A stretch of 64,000 nt of DNA from an uncultured delta proteobacterium (GTDB lineage: Bacteria; Desulfobacterota; Binatia; Binatales; Binataceae): contig CAVQEQ010000003.1 in assembly GCA_963711565.1 (NCBI GenBank), positions 768,001-832,000 of the forward strand, read 5' to 3'. Position 1 is the stretch's first letter. Every line of letters begins with the position of its first letter. A program made the translations under genes and the position numbers. The notes beneath the pieces were generated by a model. That model did not search any database. It was not told the DNA's origin and saw only the letters and a program-made list of their open reading frames with translations. This document shows positions 21,867 through 32,145 of this stretch, piece by piece.

Positions 21867-23096
21867 ATGCTTCCCGGCCACCTCCTGACACTCATCATAT
21901 TCGCCCTGACCTACGCCGTGATCGCGCTAGGCGAGATTCCGTGGGTGCGCATCGATCGCACCGGCGCCGCGTTAGCGGGCGCGGTGGCGATGGTCGTGTC
22001 CGGCGCGCTCAGCGAAGCGGCAGCCGAGCACGCGATCGACTTCCACACGATTGCGCTGCTGCTCGGGATGATGATCGTCGTGGCGAACCTGCGCCTTTCG
22101 GGAGCGTTCGCGTTTTTCGCGCGCGCGCTGCTCAGCCGCGCGCGGTCGGGCTTTGGGATGCTGGCGATGACGGTAGCGGCGTCCGGCCTGCTCGCCGCGT
22201 TCTTCATAAACAACGTCGTATGCCTCGCGCTGACGCCGGTGATTATCGACGCGGCCGAAATCGCGGGCGTCGATCCGATCCCTCTTCTGCTGGGTCTCGC
22301 GACCGCCAGCAACATCGGCAGCGCCGCGACGATCACCGGCAACCCGCAGAACATGATTGTCGCCGGCTTCGCGCATCTCGACTACTCTAGCTTCGCGATT
22401 CACCTAGCGCCTCCCGCAATCATCGGTCTCCTCTTCGACTACCTTGTGATCGCCGCGATTTACCGAAGCTCGCTCGGCGCGACGCGGGTTCCGGCCGACG
22501 ATGGCCTCCGCACGATTCGCGTCAACCGCCCGCTGATGATCAAATCGTCGCTCGTCGCGCTCGCCGTCTTGGCGATGTTCCTTGCGGGCTACCCGACTCA
22601 TCTGGTCGCGATGAGCGCCGGCGTCTTCCTGCTGTTCACACGGCGAATCAAGCCGGCTCGCGTGTATCGACTGATCGATTGGACGTTGCTCGCGATGTTC
22701 ACCGGACTGTTCATCGTGGTGGCCGGCTTCCAGACGACCGGCTTTCTCGCCGACGCGGTGAGCCGGATCGGAGTCCAGCGCTTGACCCATCCGCTGACGC
22801 TGACCGTGGTCGTCGCGATCCTTTCCAACCTCGTGAGCAACGTCCCCGCCGTGCTGCTGTTCCGCCCGCTCTATCCGATGCTTGGCGCGAGCCGCGCGGT
22901 TGCGCTGATGATCGCGAGCGCGAGCACCTACGCGGGAAATCTGACTGTGGTCGGCTCAATCGCCAATCTGATCGTGATCGAGCAGGCGCGGCTGCGGAAG
23001 ATCAACGTGACCTTCGTCAACTACTTGTGCGTCGGCGTGCCAATCACGTTGATCACACTCGCGATCAATACCGCGTTCCTGACTCTCTGGCCGTAG
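21867..23096 (+). CDS. ArsB/NhaD (SLC13-like) anion permease
   Basis: ASNIGSAATITGNPQN, SNLVSNVP, AGNLTVVGSIAN; many TM helices. Confidence 0.88.
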   Translation: MLPGHLLTLIIFALTYAVIALGEIPWVRIDRTGAALAGAVAMVVSGALSEAAAEHAIDFHTIALLLGMMIVVANLRLSGAFAFFARALLSRARSGFGMLAMTVAASGLLAAFFINNVVCLALTPVIIDAAEIAGVDPIPLLLGLATASNIGSAATITGNPQNMIVAGFAHLDYSSFAIHLAPPAIIGLLFDYLVIAAIYRSSLGATRVPADDGLRTIRVNRPLMIKSSLVALAVLAMFLAGYPTHLVAMSAGVFLLFTRRIKPARVYRLIDWTLLAMFTGLFIVVAGFQTTGFLADAVSRIGVQRLTHPLTLTVVVAILSNLVSNVPAVLLFRPLYPMLGASRAVALMIASASTYAGNLTVVGSIANLIVIEQARLRKINVTFVNYLCVGVPITLITLAINTAFLTLWP

Positions 23097-23167
23097 CGCG
23101 CCGCGCGCAACTTTGCGCTTCACACTGGGTGCAGGGGTCACCCCTGCCGCCCGCCGCGGAGGCGATT
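23093..23167 (+). repeat. ~75-bp REP-like repeat, copy 1
   Basis: Matches 24525-24598 with 6 differences; contains the palindrome GCAGGGGT-C-ACCCCTGC. Confidence 0.9.
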
Positions 23168-23217
23168 ATTCTTTCGGACAGCTTCGCGTCAGCGAAGCCG
23201 GTACCGGCTCTTCGTCG

Positions 23218-24421
23218 CTACGTCCCCGACGCTCTAACCGCAGCCCCTTGTGCAGCGCGCGGCGGGAACCAGAACCGCGCGACTTCCGTGGCGCGCACGG
23301 CGTCGTCGATCATCCGCGGGATATCGAAGCGCGATTCCGCCGCCTCGACTTCCTCGATTCGCGCGCGCGTCTCCGGATGCGCCGGCACGAAGAGCGTGCA
23401 GCAGTCCTGGTCGGGAATTATCGACGTCTCGAACGTGCCCAACCGGCGCGCCTGCTCGATAATCTCGTTCTTGTCCATCCCGACCAGCGGCCGCATCACC
23501 GGCAACGCCGCCGCCTTCTCGATCACCGCCATGTTTTCGAGCGTCTGCGACGCGACCTGCCCCAGGCTCTCGCCCGTCACCAGCACGGTGGCCTGCGAGC
23601 GTTCCGCGAGCGCGCTCGCGATTCGCAGCATGAAGCGCCGGTAAAGAATAACGCGCAGCGGGCGCAACGTGTTCGCGACGATTTCGCGCTGCAAGTTTCC
23701 GAACGGCGCCAGCATCAGCGTCGATCGCGCCTGCCATCGCGTCAGATGCGCCGCTAGCTCGGCCGCCTTCTCTTTGCTCGCCGCCGACACCAGCGGATGC
23801 GCGTGAAAATGTACGAAGTCCAGCCGCAGCCCGCGCCGCATCATGCGATACGCCGCGACTGGCGAGTCGATCCCGCCCGACAGCAGCGCCATCCCGCGCC
23901 CGGTAACTCCTACCGGCAGCCCGCCCGCACCCACTATCTTGCCAGGCCGAGACGTACGCGGCGTCGTTCATTATTTCGATCGAAATCGTCAGCTCGGGCG
24001 CGCTCAGATCCACTTCAAAGCCGAGCGCCTCCTGCACTTCGCCGCCGACCGCGCGATCGATCTCGACCGAATTCATCTCGAAGCGCTTGTCCTCGCGCCT
24101 GGTCCGCACCGCAAACGTGCGCGCCTTGCTTCCCGATGCGCGCTTGATCGCTTCGCGCGAGATCGATTGGATATCGCGCGGCGTCGAATAGCTGAGCGAG
24201 AAATTCTGCAGGCCGAAGATCAGCGCCGCGCGCTCGGCCGCGATCTCGTCGCTGAGCTCATCAGGGATTTGCACCATCAGGCGCGGCCCGACGCTGCGGA
24301 TGTTGCCCAGCCAGTAATCGCCGAACAGGTCGCGCAGATTTTGCTTGACCTGGTCGACGAATCGCCACTGATTGCGCCCCTTGAGCGCAATCTCGTGGTA
24401 CCTGCCAATGAGATATCGCAT
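23218..24421 (-). pseudogene. thiI: tRNA 4-thiouridine synthase ThiI, frameshifted near 23944 (probable sequencing indel)
   Basis: EIALKGRN and the THUMP domain are in one frame; GGLPVG, LLSGGIDSPVA and TGESLGQVASQT are in another. One extra base separates them. Confidence 0.88.
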
Positions 24422-24524
24422 GCTGTTCTCTTATCCCCTCTCGCTTTAAGGAAATCTTCGCATAACCCGGCCCGCAGTTCTCCCCCTCGCCCCAGCAGCG
24501 AGAGCCGCCGCGCCTGAGAGCAAA

Positions 24525-24598
24525 GTAGTGCGCTGCGCGCAACTTTGCGCTTCAACTGGGTGCAGGGGTCACCCCTGCCGCTCACCGCGCAGGCGATT
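24525..24598 (+). repeat. ~75-bp REP-like repeat, copy 2
   Basis: Direct repeat of 23093-23167. Confidence 0.9.
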
Positions 24599-24655
24599 GC
24601 GTTGGATCATCCATCGCGCTTGCAAGATGCCCGCCGCGCGCGATTATCTGTAGCG

Positions 24656-25264
24656 ATGAGTGACGACGCCACCTTCAACCTTCAGGTCGAGACCATCCGG
24701 CGCAAGCTTTCCACCGTCACTCCTCCTCCGCGCGAGGCGCTCGCGAACAAGTCCAACGCCGCCGCCGTGCTGATACCGCTGTTTGAGCGCGGCGGAGAAC
24801 TTCACATCCTGTACATCCGCCGCTCCGACCACGTCGCCAGCCATCGCGGCCAGGTCGCCTTCCCCGGCGGCCGCGTTGACGCCGGCGATGCGACCCTGCT
24901 CGACGCCGCTCTGCGCGAGGCGCACGAAGAAGTCGGCATCCATCCTTCGACCGTCGAAGTGATCGGCGCCTTAGCCACGATGCAAACGACGACCAGCGGA
25001 ATCGTCGTCGCGCCGTTCGTCGGCGTCATCCCGTCCGACGCGCCGCTCAAGCCGCAGCCCTCCGAAGTCGCGCAAATCTTCGACGTACCGCTCACGGCGC
25101 TGCGCGACCCAAAGTTCCGCGGCGACTACGAATGGAAGAGCGAAGGCCCGGCGGCTCGCACGTCGAAGTTCCCGGCAATCCTCTACGCGGGCCAAACAAT
25201 CTGGGGCCTGACTCTCCGCATCACGCTCAATCTGCTTGAGCTGCTGGATCCGGCGAGATCCTGA
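24656..25264 (+). CDS. NUDIX CoA pyrophosphatase (NudL-like)
   Basis: AAVLIPL, HRGQVAFPGG, ALREAHEEVG, IWGLT. Confidence 0.9.
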   Translation: MSDDATFNLQVETIRRKLSTVTPPPREALANKSNAAAVLIPLFERGGELHILYIRRSDHVASHRGQVAFPGGRVDAGDATLLDAALREAHEEVGIHPSTVEVIGALATMQTTTSGIVVAPFVGVIPSDAPLKPQPSEVAQIFDVPLTALRDPKFRGDYEWKSEGPAARTSKFPAILYAGQTIWGLTLRITLNLLELLDPARS

Positions 25265-25301
25265 AAATACGGAAAGCTCCCTCTTTTTCTTCGAACTCTG
25301 C

Positions 25302-25330
25302 TTGTAATTACACTAACGATGTAATAACTT
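25302..25330 (+). promoter_or_regulatory. sigma70 promoter with overlapping TetR-type operator
   Basis: TTGTAA-N17-TAACTT overlapped by the inverted repeat ATTACA-N7-TGTAAT (25307-25325). Confidence 0.6.
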
Positions 25331-25340
25331 TCGCCGCCTG

Positions 25341-25934
25341 ATGCCGCAACTTGCTCCTCTCGACGGACGCCTCGCCCGCTCGGCTCGCACACGCCATGCC
25401 GTGGTTGATGCGCTCCTCGATCTCCTCGGCGACGGCGACCTGCGCCCGACCGCTGCGCGAATCGCCGAACGCGCCGGCGTCTCGTTGCGGCTCGTGTTCC
25501 ATCACTTCGACAACGTCGAGACGATCTACAACGAACTCGCCGACCGCCAGGCCGAGCGCGTCAAGCCGCTCACCGTGCCGATTTCAGTCACGCTACCCTT
25601 TGCGCGCCGCGTCGCGGAATTCTCCACGCAGCGCGGCCGCCTGCTTGAGACGCTATCGCCGGTGCGCCGCGCCGCCGTGTTGATGGAACCGTTTCGTCCT
25701 GCTTTAGCCAAACGCCTCAAGAATGCGCGCGATCTGATGCGCGCAGCCGCGATTGCCGCATTCGCGCCCGAGCTCTCGAAGCTCACCGCCGATCCAAGGC
25801 GCGCGACCATCGCGGCGCTCAACGTCGCCACATCGTGGGTCGCGTGGGAGCAGATGCGGCGGCATCAGGGACTTTCCGAGACCGAAGCGCGCGGCGTGAT
25901 CGCGACTACTATCCGCGCGCTGCTGACAACGTGA
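25341..25934 (+). CDS. TetR-family transcriptional regulator
   Basis: HTH IAERAGVSLRLVFHHF. Confidence 0.9.
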   Translation: MPQLAPLDGRLARSARTRHAVVDALLDLLGDGDLRPTAARIAERAGVSLRLVFHHFDNVETIYNELADRQAERVKPLTVPISVTLPFARRVAEFSTQRGRLLETLSPVRRAAVLMEPFRPALAKRLKNARDLMRAAAIAAFAPELSKLTADPRRATIAALNVATSWVAWEQMRRHQGLSETEARGVIATTIRALLTT

Positions 25935-25967
25935 AACGATAGAATCCGCAAACGGGAGCTGAAGCTA

Positions 25968-27545
25968 ATGGGACGCAATATCCTTTTCATCACCACCGAT
26001 CAGCAGCGCTACGACGCGCTCGGATGCAACGGCGGTACAATCGCGCAGACCCCGGTCGCCGATCGGCTCGCCGCCAATGGAATCAACTATCGCCGCGCGC
26101 ACAATCAGAATGTCGTCTGCATGCCCGCGCGCTCGACCATGATCACCGGCCAGCACGTGCGCACTCACGGCGTCGTCGCCAACGGCGTCGCGCTGCCGCC
26201 CGACTCGCCGAGCGTCGCCGCCTATCTCCACGAGAAGGCCGGCTACCGCACCGCGCTGCTCGGCAAGGCGCATTTCGAGCCCGCGTTCGATTTGCAGGGG
26301 CGATGGTTCGAGAACCAGATGGCGCGCAAGGACTCGACCGGTCCGTATCGCGGCTTCGATCGGATGGAACTCGCGATGCACTCGCCGGTCGGCGGCTGGC
26401 ACTACTCGCTGTGGCTGCAGAAAAACCATCCCGACGAGATTGCCGGCTTCGCGCCGATTCTGAGCGCGATGCCGGGCGGCGACACCGGCGCGCCCGAAGT
26501 GAAGTACAATCCCATTCCGCGTGAGCATTACCACACCGACTGGGTGGCCGCGCGCACGATCGCGTATCTCGATTCGCTCGATCCCGACGACAACTGGTTC
26601 GTCTGGATGAGCTTCCCCGACCCGCACCATCCGTGGGATCCGCCGCAGGACGAGGCGCGCCGAATCAACTGGCGCGATCTCGATCTGCCCGCCGGCTACC
26701 CCGGCTCGCGCGAGAAGATCGAAAAGATTCTCGCCGGCAAACCGCGCCATTGGCTCGATTGGTACGAAGGCCGCTTCGGCAACTTCGAGGGCGGCCCCGG
26801 CACCTTCGTCCCGTGCAAGCTCACCGAGGATCAGATTCGCGAAGTCAACGCGCTCACTCACGTCGAGAACGAACTGATCGACCAGGCATGCGGCCGCGTA
26901 CTCACGCGCATCGCGGAGCGCGGATGGGAGTCGCGCACCGACGTGATCTACACCACCGACCACGGCGAGCTGCAAGGCGACTTCGGCCTGCTCTACAAGG
27001 GCCCGTATCACGTCAACGCGCTGATGCGGCTGCCGATGATCTGGCGCCCCGCACCCTCGGCCAACGTCACGCCGAGCGAAGTTTCGGAGCCCGTCGGGCA
27101 ACTCGATCTCGCGCCGACGTTCTGCCAAATCGCCGGCGTCCCGGTTCCCGACTGGATGCAGGGCAAGCCGCTGCCGGTCGCGCCCGGCTCCGGCCGCGAG
27201 CGCGTGATCACGGAATGGGACAGCCAGTTCGCCGCGATCGGGATGCATCTGCGGAGCATCTACCGCGACGGCTACACGCTGACGGTGTACGAGAAATCGA
27301 CGCGCAACGTCGGCTTCGACCTCGCCAATATTCCGCCGATGCTCGCGCCGCGCGGCGGGATTTTCGACATCCGCTACGACGGCACCGAAGGCGAGTTCTA
27401 CAACCTGCGCGAAGACCCGATGCAATGGCGCAATCTGTGGAACGATCCCGCCTACGCAAAACTGAAGTCCGACCTGCGCGCCGATTTGTACGACAACCTC
27501 CCGCCCGAGCGTAACCCCAAGCTGCCGGTCGAGGCTCCGGCGTGA
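25968..27545 (+). CDS. Formylglycine-dependent sulfatase
   Basis: ITTDQQR, CMPAR (CxPxR), GKAH, PHHP, TDHG. Confidence 0.92.
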   Translation: MGRNILFITTDQQRYDALGCNGGTIAQTPVADRLAANGINYRRAHNQNVVCMPARSTMITGQHVRTHGVVANGVALPPDSPSVAAYLHEKAGYRTALLGKAHFEPAFDLQGRWFENQMARKDSTGPYRGFDRMELAMHSPVGGWHYSLWLQKNHPDEIAGFAPILSAMPGGDTGAPEVKYNPIPREHYHTDWVAARTIAYLDSLDPDDNWFVWMSFPDPHHPWDPPQDEARRINWRDLDLPAGYPGSREKIEKILAGKPRHWLDWYEGRFGNFEGGPGTFVPCKLTEDQIREVNALTHVENELIDQACGRVLTRIAERGWESRTDVIYTTDHGELQGDFGLLYKGPYHVNALMRLPMIWRPAPSANVTPSEVSEPVGQLDLAPTFCQIAGVPVPDWMQGKPLPVAPGSGRERVITEWDSQFAAIGMHLRSIYRDGYTLTVYEKSTRNVGFDLANIPPMLAPRGGIFDIRYDGTEGEFYNLREDPMQWRNLWNDPAYAKLKSDLRADLYDNLPPERNPKLPVEAPA

Positions 27546-27574
27546 GCGGGGGAAGGGTAAATCATTTGATTGAA

Positions 27575-28009
27575 TTTGAAACCCACGTTGGGTTTCAAAC
27601 TTCCTTCGGCAGGGGTGACCCCTGCACCCAGTGACGAAGAAAAGATGCGGGACTTCGTCCCTGTTTGGAGGTTTTTTTGTGTCATCCTGAGCGCAGCGAA
27701 GGATCTCGCGCGCAAGCGCGTTCGCTTCTTCTTACCTCGCCCGTTATTTTCACGGGAGAGGAGGCCGGCGGGCGTAGCCGCCGGTAGGCGAGGGTTCTGC
27801 GATCGCACCACAAAAGCCGGTCTGCTCGCTCTTTGTGTCATTCTAGAGCGAAGCGAAGAATCCCGGGTCCTTCTTTACCTCTCCCTTCGGAGAGCTTTGC
27901 GTAACTTCGGCGGACACGCCCAGGCAGAAACCAGAATCTTGAATCGCGCGCAAAAGAGCGCCCTGAATAAGGACCCTCACCTTCGATCCTCTCCATTCTG
28001 GGAGAGGGG
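27575..28009. repeat. Intergenic mosaic of REP-like palindromes
   Basis: Perfect IR at 27575-27599; inverted GCAGGGGT/ACCCCTGC unit at 27607-27632; GTCATCCTGAGCGCAGCGAAGGATCT-type units at 27681-27706 and 27837-27863; CCCTCNCC..CTCTCCC..GGGAGAGG units at 27731-27797 and 27974-28009. Confidence 0.8.
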
Positions 28010-28067
28010 AATATGCATGGCCCAGTTATGCAAAGGTCTCCGAAAGGAGAGGTAGGAGAGATTACAC

Positions 28068-29087
28068 ATGACACCATTGAAGTTGGTTGGCGGGTTCGGG
28101 TCGCCCTACTCGCGGAAGATGCGGGCGGTGTTGCGCTTTAGGCGCATCCCGTTCACCTGGATTATGCGCGGGTCGGCTGAGGATGTTGCTATCCCCGACG
28201 TTCCAGTCGCGCTGATACCGGTGCTCGTCTTCGAGAACAACGAGGCGATGATCGACTCGACCTTTCAAATTAAGCGGCTCGAGAAGATGTTTGCCGCGCG
28301 ATCGATCATTCCGCGCGATCCCGCGATCGCGTTTCTCGACGCGATCCTCGAAGACTATGCCGACGAATGGCTGACCAAGCCGATGTTCCATTACCGATGG
28401 AAGTACGCCGCTGACATTCACAAGGCGTCGCATGTGCTCGCACTCGATCGCAATCCGCTTATGAGCCGCGACACGCTGGCAAAGATGTCGAGCTACATTG
28501 CCGAGCGCCAAATCGAACGGCTGCGCGTCGTCGGCTCCAACGACGTGACGACGCCCGTCATCGAGGCGAGTTACCGGCGCATCCTCGGCCTGCTCGATTC
28601 GCATCTCGTCGGCGGGAATCGATTCCTCATGGGCGCGCGGCCGGGAGCCGGCGACTTCGGCTTCTTCGGCCAGTTGAGCCAGCTCGCGCATTTCGATCCC
28701 ACGCCCGCCGCGATCGCCGCCGCCGAGACTCCGCGCGTCGTCTCATGGGTCTCGCATCTCGACGATCTCTCGTCGCTCGAGGTTGACGACACGCCGTGGC
28801 CGTCGCGCGACGACGCCGCCGCATCGCTGCGCCCGTTCCTGGTCGAAGTCGGCCGCGTCTATGCGCCCTTCCTGATCGCTAACGCGCGCGCACTCGCTAG
28901 TCGCGCGACTGAAGTGCGATGCGAGATCGACGGCCTGCCGTGGGTGCAGCAGCCCTTCCCTTACCAGGGCAAGTGCTTGAGATGGTTACGCGAAGCTCGC
29001 GAGGCGCTGAGCGCCGCCGATCGTGAATATGCGGATGCGGCGCTGAAATCCACCGGCGCCGACTCTATCTTCAGCGCGCCCATCTGA
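28068..29087 (+). CDS. Glutathione S-transferase family protein
   Basis: GSPYSRK, IPVL, DST, EDYADEW, DFGFFGQL; strong RBS. Confidence 0.88.
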   Translation: MTPLKLVGGFGSPYSRKMRAVLRFRRIPFTWIMRGSAEDVAIPDVPVALIPVLVFENNEAMIDSTFQIKRLEKMFAARSIIPRDPAIAFLDAILEDYADEWLTKPMFHYRWKYAADIHKASHVLALDRNPLMSRDTLAKMSSYIAERQIERLRVVGSNDVTTPVIEASYRRILGLLDSHLVGGNRFLMGARPGAGDFGFFGQLSQLAHFDPTPAAIAAAETPRVVSWVSHLDDLSSLEVDDTPWPSRDDAAASLRPFLVEVGRVYAPFLIANARALASRATEVRCEIDGLPWVQQPFPYQGKCLRWLREAREALSAADREYADAALKSTGADSIFSAPI

Positions 29088-29229
29088 GAGCGCTTGTACT
29101 CGCGGCCTGCAAGTTCTATTGACCTGCACTGGATGCGTCCATAACTTCGATCTCGTGAGGCGCAAGATCGAGCATACGTCGGCGTCGCCGGACGATACGC
29201 CATCTCGATTGCAAGCATTGGTCGCGGTG

Positions 29230-29544
29230 ATGCTGCTGTTCACGCTTGCGCTCGGCCTGCACGTTCAACTCGCCAGGTACGACAATCTCTCCACGTTCCC
29301 AACCAGGCATATCCTGCACGGTGACCTCCGACCTGACAGTGGCACGTCGAGCGGAATCTTCACCGATATCCACGACGCGGTCGCTCTCGTATTCGCCGCA
29401 GGTCTGCTGCCGCGCAGCAATGCGGCTCCCAGGCGGTTCTCGGGCTCCGTTGCGCCGTCCGCCGAGCCTGTCGAGCGCGAATTTTTGAACTATCTCGCTC
29501 TCTTCGTGCGTCCGCCTCCTGTGCTTTTCGCAGCGAGCTGTTAG
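29230..29544 (+). CDS. Small leader-like ORF with N-terminal hydrophobic segment and C-terminal RPPP motif
   Basis: MLLFTLALGLHV...YLALFVRPPPV. Start uncertain; the frame is open from 29119. Confidence 0.5.
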   Translation: MLLFTLALGLHVQLARYDNLSTFPTRHILHGDLRPDSGTSSGIFTDIHDAVALVFAAGLLPRSNAAPRRFSGSVAPSAEPVEREFLNYLALFVRPPPVLFAASC

Positions 29545-29647
29545 TCGAAGCCGACCGGCCGCCTTCGCGAAACCGATGCTTGTCGGCTCGCGATTGGCGT
29601 GTTCCCTATTCGCAAGCAGAAAAGAGAGAGCAAGGAAATCGAAAGAA

Positions 29648-31030
29648 GTGTTTTCAGCATCAGTCGCGCCATTCGCTTACGTTGACGCCGCGTCGAAGAT
29701 TGCGCTCGCAGTCGCCGTGGGCCTGCTCGTTGGGCTGGAGCGGGAGTGGGCGCAGAAGGCGGTCGGCGTCCGCACCTTCGCGATCATCGCGCTGCTCGGG
29801 ACGCTGACTTACCTGGTCGCTCCGCAGCTCGAGATCGCGGCCCTATGCGGAACCTTCCTGCTCGTCATCCTGTTGAACGTCCATCACCTGCTGAAGAGCT
29901 GGCAGTTCCCGACCGCGGATACATCCGCACCCGCAAAAGTCGCGCGCGAGTCCGCGTACGCGATCGATCGCGATGCCCCGCTTGAAATAACCACCTCCGC
30001 CGCGCTGCTGGTGACGCTGATGCTCGGGGCGCTGATCGGACAAGGGCATTACTTCACCGCGATCACGTCGGCGATCGTGATGACGATGCTGCTGGCATGG
30101 AAAGAAGGCCTGTCGCGCTTCGCCGGCGGATTGCAGCCTGAAGAGATACGCAGCGCCGTGCTGCTGGGCCTGCTCACTTTCGTCATCTACCCGTTGCTGC
30201 CGGACAGATTTATCGATCCGATGGATCTGCTGAATCCGAGGCAGTCGTGGCTGATCGTCGTCGTCATCGCGGGACTTGGTTTCGCCAACTACGTGATGCT
30301 GCGGTTTTACGGAACCCGCGGCACCTATTACGCGGCCTTTCTTGGCGGACTGGTCAACAGCACGGCGGCGGCGACCGAGCTTTCCGGTCTCTTCAGAGGA
30401 GTGAACAACTCCTCACTCGCCGTCGCGGTGGTGATGGTGACGAGCGTCGCGATGTTTCTCCGCAACCTGGTGATCCTCGCGATCTTCGCTCCCGCCGCGG
30501 TCGGCACCGCCCTGTTCCCGCTGCTCGCGATGACGATCGCCGCGCTGTGCGCCGTCTGGGTGCATCGCGACCGTGACGGCGCCAGCGTGTCGCCACTCTC
30601 GCTGTCCTCGCCGGTGTCGATGCCTCATGTACTCAAGTTCGCCGCATTATTCGTGACGATCGCCGCGGCCGGCACGCTCGCGGAGCGATACTTCGGTACG
30701 CTCGGATTTCTGGCGCTCAGCGTCCTCGGCGGGTTGGTGAGCAGCGCGAGCACTACCGCCACCGCGGCCACGCTCGTCGCCGCCGGAAGAATCACGCCAG
30801 ACAGCGCCGGGATCGCGGTCGTGCTCACGTCGATGGCAAGCGCGGTCGTCGATATGCCGATCGTTTACCGGCAGATTCGCGACAACGCCGTCTTCTACCG
30901 GCTGGCTGGAGTATCGGTGCTGGTCCTGATAATCGGGCTCGGCGTGATGACGCTGGGACAATCGGAGAGTCACGAAATCCAACGCCTCACCCTGCAAACG
31001 ATTCAAAGCCTGCGGGCACCCGCCCAATAG
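29648..31030 (+). CDS. MgtC/SapB-family membrane protein with DUF4010
   Basis: GLLVGLERE..GVRTF, P.LPD, GGLVNSTA. Confidence 0.88.
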   Translation: MFSASVAPFAYVDAASKIALAVAVGLLVGLEREWAQKAVGVRTFAIIALLGTLTYLVAPQLEIAALCGTFLLVILLNVHHLLKSWQFPTADTSAPAKVARESAYAIDRDAPLEITTSAALLVTLMLGALIGQGHYFTAITSAIVMTMLLAWKEGLSRFAGGLQPEEIRSAVLLGLLTFVIYPLLPDRFIDPMDLLNPRQSWLIVVVIAGLGFANYVMLRFYGTRGTYYAAFLGGLVNSTAAATELSGLFRGVNNSSLAVAVVMVTSVAMFLRNLVILAIFAPAAVGTALFPLLAMTIAALCAVWVHRDRDGASVSPLSLSSPVSMPHVLKFAALFVTIAAAGTLAERYFGTLGFLALSVLGGLVSSASTTATAATLVAAGRITPDSAGIAVVLTSMASAVVDMPIVYRQIRDNAVFYRLAGVSVLVLIIGLGVMTLGQSESHEIQRLTLQTIQSLRAPAQ

Positions 31031-31119
31031 AGCCCGGGTCACGTTCCAGCTTGATCAAACTTGCGTGACTGTGTAGCTGTACGCGCGTGAGTCAAGAAAT
31101 CCCACTCGGAGCCAAGTCG

Positions 31120-31632
31120 ATGAGCAAGCCGCATCGCGACTCAAGAACAATTCTCGTAATTGCCGTTTTGATTCTCGCCATCGGCGGCGCAGCATCGTTG
31201 GCGCGCGCCGGCGCCGAGGCGGCGCTGATGAACCAGGTCAACGCCGCACTGCGCAGCAACGGCCAACTCAACGGCGCCAAGGCTTACACGGCGGCGGAGG
31301 GCGTGGTCGTACTTTACGGGATGGTCTTCGACGAAAAGGATCGGGTGCTGGCCGAGCAGGTTGCAAATGGAGTGCCCGGCGTCAACTCGGTCGTCGATAA
31401 CCTGCGGACCAAGACCGGCAAATGGCACGAGGAAGAAGAGCGTATCCAGCTGCAAATCCAGAGCAACGGCTTCAATGACGTGCAGGTGCGAGTGGTAGGA
31501 CCTTACGTTTACCTCTCGGGACAGGTCGTCGGCGAGGGCGAGAAGCAGCGCGCGGCCAGTGTGGTTGCGTCGGTCGCGCCGAACAAGCAAATCAACAACA
31601 TGATCTGGGCCCAGCCCCCTCCGATGTTCTAA
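31120..31632 (+). CDS. Dual BON-domain secreted protein
   Basis: Signal peptide; GVVVLYGMV..A..VPGVNSVVDNL and VYLSGQV BON patterns. Confidence 0.82.
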   Translation: MSKPHRDSRTILVIAVLILAIGGAASLARAGAEAALMNQVNAALRSNGQLNGAKAYTAAEGVVVLYGMVFDEKDRVLAEQVANGVPGVNSVVDNLRTKTGKWHEEEERIQLQIQSNGFNDVQVRVVGPYVYLSGQVVGEGEKQRAASVVASVAPNKQINNMIWAQPPPMF

Positions 31633-31638
31633 GCGAGT

Positions 31639-32145
31639 TCAGGGACTGACGAGCATCTCGAAGTACGATACGTCGATCAGATCGGCCGGTACCACTCCGA
31701 GCGCCGCGAGGATTTCATTGACGGCGCCGCGGCTGCGTTCGGGATCGTCGCCGTCGGCGATCACCGCCTCGATCTCGCCGTAGTCACCGAGGCGCGCGAC
31801 CTGGTCGAGATGCAGCCGCACGTTGTCGCGCATCATCAGCACTCGCGTCTTTTCAACTACCGCAATTGGGCCGAGCGCATTGGCGAGAATTCGCATTGTC
31901 CCGATCGGATCGCCAACCTTGACGATGTCGTAGCTGCTCAGCATCAGCGGGCCGCTCTCGTCGCGATGGTAGAAGATGAGAACACTGCTGCCGTTTTCCT
32001 CGCGCAGCTTCAGCTTGCCGTTGGCGACGCGAAAGAAAGTGTCGCGCTGATTGAGTACCGCGCGGCGCGTGTATCCAATCGCGCTCACACGCTGCTCGGC
32101 CTCGGCGTGATTCGACAGACGGAACTTCGCTTCGAGGTTTTTCAT
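31639..32145 (-). CDS. CYTH-domain protein (class IV adenylate cyclase-like)
   Basis: NLEAKF, QRDTFF, KLKLR, HLDQVARLGDYGEIE. Confidence 0.88.
   Translation of the reverse strand: MKNLEAKFRLSNHAEAEQRVSAIGYTRRAVLNQRDTFFRVANGKLKLREENGSSVLIFYHRDESGPLMLSSYDIVKVGDPIGTMRILANALGPIAVVEKTRVLMMRDNVRLHLDQVARLGDYGEIEAVIADGDDPERSRGAVNEILAALGVVPADLIDVSYFEMLVSP

Noticed and set aside
17302-24421. Programmed frameshifting in the CoA-transferase or thiI
   Set aside because: No slippery heptamer at the breakpoints; sequencing error is the simpler explanation.
24422-24525. TPP riboswitch upstream of thiI
   Set aside because: The conserved TPP aptamer motifs are not present on the coding strand.
27546-28067. 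Possible CRISPR array
   Set aside because: The repeats are heterogeneous, not regularly spaced, and no cas genes are present.
27452-28077. ORFs across the repeat-rich intergenic region
   Set aside because: They are translations of palindromic repeats and are not protein-like.
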